DNA from: Cercozoa sp. M6MM
Taxonomy: Eukaryota > Protista > Endomyxa: Ascetosporea
Direction: 5' to 3' (one strand)
DNA: 64,000 bases
Assembly (NCBI GenBank): GCA_040357565.1
Contig: JBDODJ010000003.1
Positions 12,749-26,938 of this stretch are shown here, in pieces; position 1 is the first letter of the stretch; every line of letters starts with the position of its first letter. The notes beneath the pieces were generated by a model. The model did no database searches. It was given only the letters and a program-made list of their open reading frames with translations, and was not told the origin of the DNA. A program made the position numbers and the translations under genes.

Positions 12749-14096
12749 TCAGTCCTGCGAGAGCATGTCGAACAAACGCTGGCGGAGAATGTGCAAGCAG
12801 TGCAGCAAATGAATGTCAAAATACCTGCGGGTGTCTCGCCTGCTTTGCAAGGCCACGCGAACGCCGCGTCCTCTCCGTAGTACGTGTGGTTTAATGACAA
12901 CACCACGGCGAATGTGCAAGCTGCCACATCGAGCACGAATTGGGTAATTTGCGCTACAGTCAGGACACGCTTCCACCGAGGTCGATACCCCTACAGCAAC
13001 ATGACTTATCCGTGCTGCAGGTTGCCCACTTGCTTTTAAACTAATTTTAAAGCAAAGAAATGAGCATACCAGCGCAGTGAGTGCGTAGTAGAAATACATG
13101 ATGACATGCACAGCGAGATTCAACGTGATGGGAACGTACTGAATGTCTACACAGGGCAAGATACAATGTTCTTAGTTCTGCTAAGTGTATGGGACTGCAA
13201 GTTAAATTTACCGGCCTGATAGTACATCTCTATCCCTGGCATAAAAGACATAGTCAACAACCAGCAGCATATTGTAAACTTACGAAGAAGGGCAAGGTAA
13301 ACTTACAAGTGAGGAAGAGAGTTGCAGGGTGGTGATACACGTGCAAGAAGATCAGCGGCTTGTTCTTCAGCACCAATAGCACCTGGTCGAATCAAAAAAC
13401 ACCTCATTTACTAAATTCACCCCCCCCCCCCCCACCCCTTTCCTACCCCCTTTACCTCCTCCCCCGATTTACTCGTAGTAAATGCGAAAGCAAACTGTAC
13501 CGTGTCGAGCAGTTCGTACCATTTAAACCAGTAGTTGAGGTAATAAAGGAACTGCAGTTCTCCGGGGATTGCACTGCCACCATGGAGGCCACAGAGACGC
13601 TCCAGCATCGACTGTGCAGGCACAAACAACAATTTCAACGCCAAAGCCATTTCGACCGAACTGAGTTCAAAACAGAGGTAAGTTACGTCTTGTTGCCGAA
13701 ATCGACGCGCCAATGCCAAGCACATGTCCACCAGCAGCACCAGTGATCCCACACTTAGCTAAATGTACAAGTAACATCATTTGAAACAAGACAAAAGGAA
13801 CCGCTCAACTGGCATGGCATACTGATACTACCAAACTGGAATGCAGAACTGTAAGTCGCTGCAACCACTTGCTCCTTTGTTTCGGCGCAGTGTACACCGC
13901 TTGTAGTCCGTACACAAGCATAAAGTATCCCACGCAGATGCCTCCCACATGCTGCACTTGCGTGAATGGTGTTTCACCAACCTGAAAGAAGACAGGTGGC
14001 AGCACACTCAACAAAGCTGGAGTTGAAGGGAAAAATCACCACAAACTGAAAATTTTCCACGCGCTCTCGCCCGAAAAGCACTCTTGCAATGCTCAT
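12749..14096 (-). CDS. Fatty acid elongase (ELO/GNS1/SUR4)
   Basis: KWYELLDT, IFLHVYHH His box, NLAVHVIMYFYY, WKRVLTVAQITQF. Confidence 0.93.
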
Positions 14097-14518
14097 TTCG
14101 GCACGAAGACTTCCGAACTGACTCCTAGGCTGTCAGAAAGGCGTGATGAACCAAAACTGTTCGCTGCCTCTAAATTTTAGTCGGCAACAGGCGTCAGTTC
14201 CAGACGCGTACGTAGCTTGAGCGACTCCCAGAGAGGAAGCTGTATCGAGAAAACGACTCTCAACGCAAAACCCCGAACTTCTTGCTCGAGCCAGCTTGGT
14301 ACCACACAGCAGCAAACTCGATCTCTTTGATCAGCCAAGTTTAAGGCTGCGGGATTCTTTGCAATTGCAGACTGCGTCCGCATATAGACATCAAACCTGG
14401 TTTACTTTACATCTAAAATAAGCTCAACTGGTCCGCGGGGTTCGATCTCGGTATCTAAGGCGCGAAAATCTGGATTTGTCATTTCGGTTGATTCCGCTTG
14501 CTCGGAAGGGAAAGCAAA

Positions 14519-17500
14519 ATGAGCGTTTGCGAGAGTGACTCGGAGGCGCCAATCATGGTGTGCTGGTTTTCTGTCTCCCACGCACCGCAACGGAGCTTGT
14601 GTGATTTTAGAGGAGAAACTCCTCAGTTCGCCTGGCCGAGCTGTGCAACGTGTAAGCCATTTTCGTCCAAGCATTTGCTTTGCAGTCCTTACTGGACATC
14701 CCCCTTCAGCGAGTACCCGGTGGGCGTCAGTGACCTTTGGGTTGGTGAAACTTCGGGTCGAGGTACGTTGAATCGTCAATTTTCTCAACGAGATGATGAT
14801 TATAATTCAACTACAAATTTGCATTGTGCAGCCCGAGTTTCCGTGTTCAATTCCGATGCCGATCGTACGCCAATTTATGATGTGGATGTACCCAAATACA
14901 ACTACGTTTGTCCTGTGTCCTGTGATCTGCAGTGACGGTGGAGTTGACGAATCGTATGTGTCTTGGTCAAGATGAACTCGAACGCGTCAGCGAAATCCTG
15001 CGCGAGTGGCACGAAGCGGAAGAGGTGACATGACATGGACATCCTTTTGTATCACACCGAAAATACGAGTTTGTATCGACATGTAGGTCACACACCGTCC
15101 TTTTTTCACTCTGCGTCGCGAGTGCCGTACGCTATGGCCACACTATTGCACGTTGAACGGTCCATTTGAGTCCTTCTAATTGCAGCCTCATTGGTGGTTC
15201 GGACGCCGCCGAATCTGACATCAGCAGAGGCTATCATTCGCAGTGTCTTTGGTACCAGCGGCTTTGTCTCTGTCTTTCCTTGTACCACCATTAAAGGGTG
15301 GTACTCACAGACTTGGTGACGACGACGGTCGCGCAGTTCAAGCTGCAGAGGAGCCTCGAAGAAGACAAAGAAAGCGAAAGTGTGGATAGTGACAATGCCT
15401 CTTTGGAGTGCATGGGTCAGTGTCTCAAGAGGTGTCATTTATAGCGACTCAGTGGTGTGCATGTGTGTGTGTGTGCATGTGTGTGTGCATGTGTGTGTGT
15501 GCATGTGTGTGTGTAATTGTATCTCTTGTGAATGCAGCTGTCTCGGCACAGCAGTGCGTGCCTACGTTATGGTGCCGCAAGTGCCGGTACATCTCGTGGA
15601 AACGATTCGACAAAAGCTGCGCCCGTCGCAGTGCGCGGCCGTCGAGTTCTTGCTCGTCAGGCAGCGACCTAGTTCACCTGTACTCTTGTTTTTTATGCTG
15701 GTGTGTCTACAGATGTCTGTATGTACATACGTGCAGAGAAAGAAGGACGCGCCGACACTGCGCATCCTGCACTTCAACGACGTGTATCACCTGCGCGAAC
15801 AGAGTCGCACCGACCCGGTCGGTGGTGCCGCACGCTTCGTTCGCGCTGTTCGCAACGTCGATGGTATATGGCTACAACTGTATGTCCATTTGGACCAAGT
15901 GTGTACCCCATGAACTGCAGCCACACGAGGTCACGGTGTGCCGTCGCAACTGTGTCTCTTCTCGGGCGACTGTTTCTCGCCATCTACCATGAGCAGTGCC
16001 ACGCACGGCTCGCACGTACCCTACTACCTATGTCGCCTACTATCTCGAGAGAACAAATGCGTGTGTGATGGCTTTAGATGGTGCCAATCATGAACGAAAT
16101 CGGCGTCAAGGCCGCGTGTTTTGGCAACCACGATTTCGACTTTGGTTTCGGTATTGTTTTTTTTTTGTGTTTCCGTCTTTCTCTCTAGAGGTTGGTGAGG
16201 GCAGGAACGGCACAGAAGCTGACGGAGCGCTGTCACTTTCCGTGGCTTCTGAGCAATCTGCGCGATGGCGATGTATGCCCTGTTGATTGCGTCATCTGCA
16301 CCTGTAACTATTGGGGAATCTGTGTTGGTAGGGTTGTCTGCTGGCAAGTGCGATGGAGAGCAAGGTGATCAAGTGGCGTGGCTGGTGTGTTTGCTCTCTG
16401 TGTCTCTGTGTTTTTGGTGTTATGTGGTGTGTGTGTGCGTATGCGTGTGTGTGTAGTCGCGTCGGATTGATGGGTCTCGTGGAGCAGCAGTGGGTCGACA
16501 CGCTCAACTCGCTGCCCGAGAGTGGACTCGAGTACGAGGAATTCGTCTCGGTGCAGTCACTTTTGTGTCTACTTGACTCCCTTCCTTCTATTGTATATGG
16601 GTCTTACCTGTGTTATCTTGACCCTGCAGTGCGCAACTCGCCTGGAGCAGCGACTGCGAGAAAAAGAGAACTGCGACATCGTGATCGCATTGACGCACAT
16701 GCGACTGGAGCGCGATGTTGTTTTGGCACGCGAGGTGCCTCAGGTATGTGTCTTAGGTGCTACCGTCTCAGCCTTTTGACCTCTTGATGTTGGTGTGAGC
16801 AGATCGATCTCGTGCTGGGTGGACACGATCACTTCTACCGCGTCGTGAAGAACGACGACGGCAAGATTCGCGTCGTCAAAAGCGGCACCGATTTCGAGTG
16901 CTTCTCAATCGTCGACTGCTTCAACCAAGGTACCACCTCCACCACCATCAGTCAAAGCAACTCAACTCAACTCAATCCAATCCAACCCTCCACCAATATT
17001 AACTCAACCCAACACACTTTGGATTTGCAGGCGGCAAGTGGCGTTTCGACGTGCGACGCGTCGACATCACGAGCGACATTGAGCCGCAGAAATCGACGCT
17101 GCAGCTCGTGGATCAACTCACTGGCGATGTCGAGAAGACCCGTGAGTCACCTACCTGTCCTTTTTTCTCCGCGTTTTGGTAAGAAGGATTGTAATTGGCC
17201 AGTCGATCGAGTGATTGGCGAGGTGGCGGTGCCATTGGACTGTCGGTTTGAAACGGTGCGCACACGCGAAAGCAACGCCGGCAACTTCATCACGGACCTG
17301 ATGCGCGAGGAGTTTCAGTGCGATATCGCCATGATCGCTGGTGGCACCATTCGCGGCGTACCCTTGCCTTTATTTGCACACACAGGCATATATATATATA
17401 TGCACATATGTTGATAGCTATGTGTGTACAGAACAAGGAGATACCGGCCGGTTCGATCAGCATCCGCACCGTGCTGTCGGTAGCACTGATGTGTGTACAC

Positions 17501-18221
17501 AGTGTAGTGTGTGCAAGGTGTGTACTCTACAAAAGAGTGTAGGTGCTGCCGTTTGAGGACCCGAGTGTCGTGCTGGAGGTGTCGGGTCGCACCATCGTGG
17601 CGGCGCTGGAGAATGGCGTGTCGGGTCTGCCGTCGGTAGTGCTAAAACTGAGGGGAGGGATATTTATCGATATGCGTACGGGAGATGGTTGGTCAGATGG
17701 AAGGTCGCTTCCCGCATGTGAGCGGACTCAAGTTCACGTTCGACTCGCGTGCCGAGCCGTACCAGCGCGTGCGCGACGTGTTTGTCGACTGCGACGAGGG
17801 CGCACCGATCGACCTGGATAAGCGATACTCGCTGAGCACGCGTGCTTACATGTCGCAAGGCAAGGACGGTTTCGAGTGCCTCGTGCCTACCGAGGAAGGC
17901 GGCGATGCCGACAAATATGGACTTGTTACGGTACTTGTGCCCGACGAGGAGACCATGCTGCTGTCAACTCTTGTGCGGCACTTCTTCCACAAGGTGCATT
18001 GTCTTGCCTTCAATACATAGCAAGGAGGTCGATATAGTATCATATGTGTCACGTGTCTACCCAGGTCCACGTGGTCAACACGATGAAAGGACGCGCGGCG
18101 CCCACACGACTGCAGCACCACGGCGCCTCGTCGGCCCGCTGGTTTCGCCTGCGCAGCAAGATCCGTGCCATTCCTTCCCTGTGCGTGTGTGTGTGTGCGT
18201 GTGTGTGTGCGTATGTGTGCG

Positions 18222-18255
<34 letters not shown>

Positions 18256-18370
18256 AGGCAATGATGATTGGCATTGTGCAGATGAACGTTTCGGCAAGGT
18301 GATTGTGGAGCCGCGCATCGAGGGCAGGATAGTCGACTTGGCGCATCAGCCAGATCTTTCGTCCGAGTAG
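14519..18370 (+). CDS. 5'-nucleotidase (metallophosphoesterase + 5_nucleotid_C) with N-terminal extension
   Basis: ILHFNDVY, GGAARF, FSGDCFSPS, FGNHDFDFG, IALTHM, LGGHDH, RTRESNAGNFITD, LPFED, GRFPHVSG, GKDGF, PRIEGRI. The 5' extension is less certain. Confidence 0.9.
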
Positions 18371-18570
18371 GCCACGGCCAGTGCCGAGTGGTTTCTTAGT
18401 TTCTTTCGTTTTGTTCTCGCCTGCTTCTTAACGTAAGGTGGGAACGCGAGTTCATTTACGTTACAGTCGATCTCGCGCGACGCGATCCATTCGCGACAAC
18501 TCTGCCTGATGCCACGGTTTTCATTTTTCTCCGGGTGATTAGAGCAGTGCCGTGATTGATCTTGACGTGA

Positions 18571-18851
18571 TCAAAGCACGTTTCTCTGCAGGAAGGAAAC
18601 GATGTGCTGTGTGGTTTCAGCGCGGCACTGCAGGTGCGGAAAATGGCCACTCGGCACTGACTCGATTTGTGCATTGCGGAAGTGGTGGTGTACTGCATCG
18701 ACCGCCTCGCTGAGTAGGACAAATACAGTGCAGCATGGCATATGTGCTTGAAAAGACACTGCAGTACGGGTGCAATCGATCGGAGTTGTCGCCCTTGACG
18801 AAGAGGATTGGCTTCTCGCACTTGGTCTCCGCCGGTGGGACAGGCCATCTG

Positions 18852-18899
<48 letters not shown>

Positions 18900-18909
18900 N
18901 NNNNNNNNN

Positions 18910-18963
<54 letters not shown>

Positions 18964-20114
18964 CGCAACATACATACACACACGCAGACATCACACACCA
19001 CACACACACCACACAACACCACACACCACACACACACCACACAACACCACACACCTACACACAGTGTTGGGGACACAGCAAACATTGGAATCGTACTGGT
19101 GAACGAGGTGCTGTTGATCGCGAAGGTGTTTACTGCACAAAACATACAGTGAAAACCTAAGGAGTGCTGTAAAAAAATCAAACAAAGTGTACGCGTGGAA
19201 TCGCCAGCGGGAAGGAATCTTGCGCCGGCGGTTTTCGGTCGAGTCAAACTCGGCATTGTTTAAGAGAACTGATATAGTCCCAGTGTGTTCAAAAGAGAAA
19301 ACTAAGGGTGAAAGCGAAAACGCACATGCAACGTCCGGCAAAGGCAGTCGCTTGTTCAACTGTGGAGTAACTGGCTCGTTCATTCGCACCTCCAAAGCCG
19401 CATCCAGCAGTCGCGTGTGCGAGTGTTTTTGCGGGACCGGAGCGGCATCCAGCGATACTGGGAACACACGTACCATTTCGCAAAGGAATAATGGAACAAA
19501 GAAGGAAAGGTAAAATGCAACTTACCCATTCCAAGGACACGTGAGTCGTCGGTGAGTCCGTGTCGAGCGAGCATGTTATGGCACTGCAAATCCATCCCAT
19601 GGCAATGACTTGTAAACGACCAAAATAACACACCATCGCTGTCCTGGCACCCATTGAATGTCCAATTAGAATCACATCGTTCTGTTCACTTCACACAAGA
19701 CACGATTCCAGACATGGTAATCTACAGATACTACTCACTGCTGCAGCACTTCGTCCAAGTCAGCAGCCAGATTCAGGTAGCCATGACTCTATCAGAAAAG
19801 CAACAGATCACAAAGCTATTTAAAAAAACGGTAAAAATGAAAGTTAAACTTACTGCGTCGGCAGGCGAGTCGCCGTGGTTCCTCGCGTGTACGAGTGCAG
19901 CATCGAAACGATACGCACCTTCACTCGCCTGCTGCAGTGTCGTCACCAGGTGCTGCGGGAAGCGCGCAAAGGACTCGACTCCCAGAAAGCAGTGCAGGAA
20001 CAGCAACTTCACTTGTCGGACCTGTGAAGGGACATCTTTCGGTGCCTGCGAGACCAGGAGGTCCTCAACGCGCAACCTGACCGGATTCGCTCTTCTGAAT
20101 TGTTTCGCGATCAT
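18571..20114 (-). CDS. Alpha/beta hydrolase, ABHD11/YbfF-like
   Basis: LLFLHCFLG, ARNHGDSP, LIGHSMGARTAM nucleophile elbow, PILFVKG, SGHFPH. Confidence 0.85.
18853..19060. repeat. (CA)n microsatellite and degenerate CAC tract in an intron, with gap
   Basis: Direct inspection. Confidence 0.9.
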
Positions 20115-20396
20115 TCACGAATAATAAGTTTCAAATTGCACAATAAAACAGAGTAGCACATGTGTGCACTGTACTGCATGCTATTATTTTGTGGTTTTGT
20201 TTTTAAACAATTTCCAGAACGCTGCCACGCGTTTTCTCGTCATATATACAGATATCGCGCGAGTGCAGTGTAGTGCTAGTTGCCGTTACAAGCGTTCAAC
20301 CGTAGAGAATGTGCGTTTTACCGAGTGCAGTCGATTGCTGTTTCCAATGATAGAAGAGTTGACACGTGCACATGTTCAGACACCGTCCCGCTTGTG

Positions 20397-23300
20397 ATGG
20401 AAAAGATACTGAAAAGCAAAGCTGCCGGCAACGCAGCCTTCAAGCAGAAGAAGTGGTAACCCGTTTTGCTAGCCTGGAACACAAGTCGTTTTTTCATCGT
20501 GCGATCAGGCACGATGCGATCGCGCATTACAGCGCCGCTGTGGCCGCTTTCAACACACAAAAAAAGAAGAAGGATCTCGACCCGACACTTGTTTGCATTC
20601 TTTCCACCCCCTTACCCCTTACCTCCCTTGATCCCCACCCTCGCACAGAGTCTGAGCGAGAAGGCGCGTCTGCTGCAGGTGGACCTGACCGAGGTGTCCA
20701 AAATATTTGGCAACCGCGCCCAGGTGCAACTCAATCTCGATCAGTACGCCGAAGCCATCGCCGACTGTGCTGAGGTTGCTCACTTTGCCCTTTGCCTTTT
20801 ACCCCTTTGCCCTTTACCTTTACCCCCATCCCTAGGCACTGGAACTAGACCCGACGAATGTTAAAGCAGTTTACCGACGCGGTTTGGCGCTGGAGAAGCA
20901 GGTTTGTCTCTTTATCCCTCTGACTCTTTTACCCTTACCCCCTTTACCTCATTTTACCCTTATCTCTGGCAGGGTTTCTTGGCGAAAGCAATGGCGCAGT
21001 ATTCGCGTGCGTGCGACATGGTATACCAGCAGCCTTGTGTTTTTCTTCTTTTTTCGTATATTTGGCATTTCTCCAGGTGCCTACTCAGAAGACCTTCCGC
21101 GCAGCGCTGCAGCGTGTCGCTACGGAGGCTCGATTGCGACAGGATCGGTACTGCTTTACCCCCTCCATTTTATCCTTACCCTTACCCCCCCCCCGTTGTG
21201 ACAGCCAAGCCAATACGCAGGACGCGATCGATCGTGTGCGAGCGTTTCTCGTCGGTCGCATCGGCGTCCCGGCGGACCTGGGTGTATCCATGCCGCTAGT
21301 GCACCGTGATTCAAACGCTGACTCGGAGGAGAGTGCCGTGACAACAACAACTGTCACTCTGCCGAGTGCCTACGGCGAGAACGAGTTACGCGCGGACCTG
21401 CAGCGGGTGACTGGCGTTTTTCTGGGTGCGTGATTGCTATCTGGTTGACCCTTTTGGGGTGATTGACTGGCTCTGCTCTGTGCACAGGCACGGCGGCGCA
21501 GCGTCGCGTGGTGTGCAACTCGAGCTACTTTTCCTCGCTGGCCGCCGGTGGCTGGGATCCCGAGTTGTACCTTCCTGCTTTGCTTGAGTTGCTTTGCGTT
21601 GGGTTGAGTTACTTTGCTTTGAGTTGCTTTGCTTTGAGTTTAGTTGCTTTGAGTTTAGTTGCTTTAAGTTGAGTTGTTACTTTGCTTTTATTTGAGTTGC
21701 GATGAGTTAAATTTAGTTGAGTTGAGTTGCGATGAGTTGAGTTACTGTGAGTGTGCAGCAAGCTGTCGCCGGTGCTGCGAGTATCGCTGCTGAGTCACCT
21801 TGAAGTGGCCATTCGAAAACTCGGCGCTGTCGACTCGGCCGCCTGGGAGAAGTACCTTTCGGTTTTACTCTCTAGCGCCTCTTGACCCCCTACTTTCTGG
21901 CAGAGATCTCCTGAATGGTCGCGTGTTGCCGCTGCTGGACGTTCTCATGCGTGCTGTAAGTTTACCCCACCCTTCACCCTGTCATCCTTTTACTTTCTCC
22001 CCAGGTAAAGACAGAAGCTGATGAGAAGAAGCTCGCCGAAAAGTTTGACGATTGGGTCGCCGAGTACTGTTCCAAAAGTGCTAGGTAGCTTGCTTGACCC
22101 CTATTCGTCAGACCTCCTCTTTACCCCTTCTTCAGCCCTGGCTTTATCCCCTCTTTGCCTCTCTTTACCCCCTCAGTAATGACGCAACCGGTGCCGAAGG
22201 CAGCGATCGCGTTGATGTGCGGTAAGTTTCTTGTCTTATCCCTTTACCCCTACCTCCCATATTTCTACCTGCCTTACCCCCTGCCGCTTTTACCTTCCCC
22301 AGAGGCACGTTGCTGTCGGTGCTGGCAGTGCTGTCAGCGGCGGGCGATCGCGTGCGCAAGGTGGCCGATGTTGTGACACGTGGTCTGCGCGGTGCCGAGT
22401 CAGTGCAGTCGCAACTCGAGGGCTGGAAGGACGACACACCGCCCGAGGAACTTGGTACTTTGTGACTTGTCACGTGTGACACCTGTGATTTGGCACGTGG
22501 GTGACCCGTGGGTGTGACTGGGCACATATGCAGACGCTAGGGAGTCGCAAGAGCAGCAGCGCGGATGGCTGGCGCGACTGCGCGCCTTGTGTCACATCGC
22601 CTCGCACTCGGCACAGGTACGGAGGGGAGGTAAAAGGGGGAATGGGTAAAAAGGGTACGACTGTGTGTGGCAGGCACAAAAGGTCGCACGACAGTCGCTC
22701 GCTTTGGGTACTTTTGTAGCACCTTTTAACTTCTACCCCCCCCCCCCCTCTTACCCTCTTGCCCCGTCTTAGCCTTTCTGCTGGATGCGCGTCTGCTGCG
22801 TGCCGCTCGATTCTACGCACCCGTACTTTTGTAGAGTTATACCCCTCTCCTCAGTTTACCCCCTTGCCTCCATGTCTGTGTAGCTGCGAGCGACGTTGAG
22901 CACGGCGTGTGCCTTGTTGGGTGCACTGTCGCCGACTGCTGCCAAGGCACCGTCTATCGAGAAGGTAGTTTACCCCTTCCCCTACCCTCCTTTTACCTTC
23001 TGGATGTACAGACTCAAAATGAGGACGCCGAAACGGCGACGCAGCGTCAGAACGATGAGAACTTCCGTGCCATGCTGGTGCTGATCTTCCCCCTCCCTCT
23101 TTACCCCCATTTTTACCCCCCCTGGTTGCAGGCCTCGGTGGTGACGCCGTTGCTGCTGAAGGGTCGTCGAAAGCCCAAGCAGGTGCGAGAGGCGCCACGT
23201 GTTATTTCTGGCGAGAAGCAGGCGCGTGAGTATCTGAGCGAGGTGACCCTTCTTTAACCCCCTACCTATTTACTCTTTGCACTTTACCCTTCTTACCCGA

Positions 23301-23464
23301 ATAGCTGCAAAAGGAGGAGCAGAAGAAGAAGACAGCGCCCACACTGCGTCAGACCAAGCAGGGTAATCTAACCCCCCTCGTAACTACCCTTGAATACAGG
23401 TGTATATATACATAGGGGTCACTTTTGAGGAAGTCGAAATCAAGGATGGTAGGCATTTTACCCT

Positions 23465-23549
<85 letters not shown>

Positions 23550-26500
23550 ACGCACACGCACGCACGCACACGCACACGCACACGCACACGCACGCACACA
23601 ATCCTCTTAACCCCTCTCGGACAGAGGAGGAGAAGAGCGGTGCTGACGGTGCCGAGAGGGAGAAACGCATGCAGGAGAAACGCCGCCAGGAGGAGGAGAA
23701 ACAGCGCGAGCTCGAGCTGCTCCTGCGACCGCAGGTTTGTTTACTCTCATACCTCTTATCCTCTACTTCCGTGCCCTTACCCTTACCCCTTTCCTCCTCC
23801 TCCAACAGGCGACGCATCCGTCAGACCGACCGTTCGTGTTGCTGGCGCTGCGACTGTTGTCGCTTCTGCTGCAGACGAATTTCGCCGCTGGTACAATCGG
23901 TCCATATGAACAGGTGTGGTACATGGGGACTGGGATGCATATGGACTGGGAAACATATGAACTGGGAAACATATGGGTTCCATTTGGACGGTACATCATG
24001 TGCGTCAGGTGCCAGTATGCTGAGTGCGCCGCACGTGCTGCAGCCAGTGACGGACTGGGCCAACGACGTGCTGTGCGAGGTGCCGCTGCACGCCGATCAG
24101 GACGGTTGGTTGCACTCTTCCCCCCTTTACCCCCTTGCCCCCATTACCCCCTGTTTGCCTCCTTACACCCTCTTTACCCCCGGCAGACAGCGATAGTGAC
24201 AACGAGTTCGACATGGTCGATATGGGCGTCGACGGCACTGGTAGCCGCAGTTCCCTTACCCCATTTTACCCCTCCCATTTACCCCCTTACCCTCCTTTAC
24301 CCTCCCCCCCGAGCAGATGTGCGAGTGAAGCGCGGCGTCTGGGGTCGCCAGCGCCGTCTGGCTGCCGAGTGTCTGGCCTTGGCCTTGAGGTACTGAACCG
24401 TTGTTAAGGGTGTGTTTGAGCTGTGTTTAAGTGGCTATATAATTAAGAGTGTCGTTTGTAGCCACGCACCGGTACGCCAGGCCGTGAGTAGCAGCAAGAC
24501 CTACGCCGTGTTCGTGTCGTCGCTCCTCGAGGCCGATCAGGAGTCGCTGCACACACCAATCGGTACATATGGACCTCTGACCCGCCGTACATATGGACGG
24601 TACAGTTCGGTTTTGGTTATAGGGGACGCCGGTGTCAGCGAGGACGCGCTGGTTCAGGCGGCGCTCGCGCTGGCGAAACTCGCAGTTTCCGACGATGACG
24701 TGCGTGGACTCGTTCTGGTACGGGGTAAAGGGGGGGGGTAAATGGGGTAAAGGGGTAAAGATGTAAACTGGGGGGGGGGGTACGGGTAAAAGTGGGTGTG
24801 TATGCAGGAGGGCTGGCGCATCGTGGACGCGGTGGCTCGCGTGATGCTATCGACTGAGGAGGCGATCGAGCGATTGGACCAGCCTGTTCGAGGCAGTAGC
24901 AAGGTGGGTGGTCCCTCTGGTGGTGACGAACTCGACCAGTTGCTGGCCAACATGGCGCCTGACCTGCTGGGTACTTGTTCTTCCCTACCTTATCCCTCGT
25001 TCCCTGTGCATGGCTACATTGATACGCGACAGCAACTGGCGGCAGCAAGGATAGGGACACTCGTGCCCGCCGCGAACTCCTCCAGCGCCGTCGGCAGAAG
25101 TGCATCGGTATAAGGCATTAAGGGGGAGGTGTACTAGGGGTGGGGTAGAGGTATGTACACGCAGAGGCACTGGCCTTCCTATCGCTGCACCTGCGTGTCA
25201 AGCACCGTCTCGCCTCTGTTGCTGTACCCTCTCATACGTGTATCCATCTATATGGAAGTTCTTTACCCCCGCCCCGCACAGCAAGGCAAGGCAGTGCCGC
25301 TGCTGTACAAGGAGGGACAGGGTGTGCTGCACAAGGTGCTCGCACTGGCCGGCGACGCCAATCGCGCCGTGCGACACGGCGTGCTGCGCGTGCTGCACCA
25401 CATGGTCACTTCCAAGGACGATCGCATCGAGGGTACCCGTGCAGCCTTACCCTACCCCTCCCATTGTCCCTCTTACTCCTTACTCCCTGCAACGACAGAA
25501 GCCACCAAGGAGGTTGAGGAACTGCGAAAGGCCGCCGCTCGCGGTCTGCCCAACCAGGCCGATCAGCGTGCCTTTGAGTCGCATGCTGGTAGCGTTCGCT
25601 TTTACCCCCCCGTGTTTCTATCTCCCCCTTTACCTTCCCCAGGCGAGGAGGAGGAAGTGAAGCCTGTACGTGTGGCGTGTGTCAACGCCGACGCCGTGGC
25701 TGCCTTGGTCTGCCTGCACAGGTGTGTCTTTTTAGACTCTCAGTCCCTTTGCCTTTACCGCTGTCTCCTAGGTGTCTGTGCGAGGCTGAGCGACGTGTGT
25801 TTGGCAAGGTTCAAACTGCGCAACTCGACAGGAACGAGCGTGGTAGTTCTTGTCTGCTTTGCCTCTTTGCCCCTTTATCCCGTTTACTCCCATCCACTCA
25901 GGCGACATGCTGGACGAGAGCAAGGCTCACTCAATGTCTGTGAGCGATCTACGGGCACTGCGCCTGCGCAATGCGCGCGAGAGGTGCGGTGTTTTTCTTC
26001 TTTGATATGTGGTATGTGTGCCTGTGTGTATAGGGAGACCATGGCGCACGTGCTGTACAAACTGGCCTCGGTGGCCGCACCCGACGCACGTGGCCGCATG
26101 CTGCAGCAGGGCGGTCTGCGACTCGCGCTCGACCTGTACAAGGCCTTCCGCGTCGAGCATGAGAGTCAAGGTATCTCATGTTTTTTAGTCACCCCCACAT
26201 CCTTTCACACCCACACATACCTCCAATGGCACAGACAACGACAGTCTGCGCACGGGTCGCGAGCGGTGTGCCGCCGCTGCTGCGCGCATTGGCATCTCGG
26301 TGAATCCGGCGCTGTTGCCGGACGGATTGCTGCAGTCGCTCGTGCCGTATGTTTTGGCTTTTTTGTTTTGGGTTGAGTTGAGTGTTAAGTTGACTTGACT
26401 TGAGTTGCCTTGACTTGAGTTGAGTTGAACTTGAGCTGAGGCGAGTTGCTTTACTTGAGTAGCGTGTGGCTGCATGGCGTGGCGAACGCGTCGCACGAGT

Positions 26501-26753
26501 TGGCGCAGTTCGAGATGCTGCTGGCACTGACGAACGCGGCATCGCTGTCGCCCGAGATGCGCGACTGGATGCACAGCACGCAGGGCGCTTGGTCCACCAT
26601 CCGCGCGTAGTGCTTGTTTTATTCTCCGACCCCCTACCTATTCCTTACCCATATGATTGCAACACAGTCTGCTCGGTGACGAGAACAAGCAGGTCGAATG
26701 TGCCGCTCTCGAGTGTCTCGCCAATCTGTGTCTGTGCGACGAGGGGTACCTAC

Positions 26754-26795
<42 letters not shown>

Positions 26796-26895
26796 NNNNN
26801 NNNNNNNNNNNNNNNNNNNNNNNNNNNNNNNNNNNNNNNNNNNNNNNNNNNNNNNNNNNNNNNNNNNNNNNNNNNNNNNNNNNNNNNNNNNNNNN

Positions 26896-26938
<43 letters not shown>

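Noticed and set aside
25153-26376. 407-aa ORF reading through several introns, suggesting an excess of stopless 3n introns
   Set aside because: Two introns are 3n (66 and 54 nt) but the next is 50 nt and shifts frame. Continuity is partly chance in C-rich sequence, and the sample is too small.
20590-26660. Interstitial canonical telomere repeats
   Set aside because: The word is TTACCC/GGGTAA, not CCCTAA/TTAGGG. Kept only as a non-canonical motif finding.
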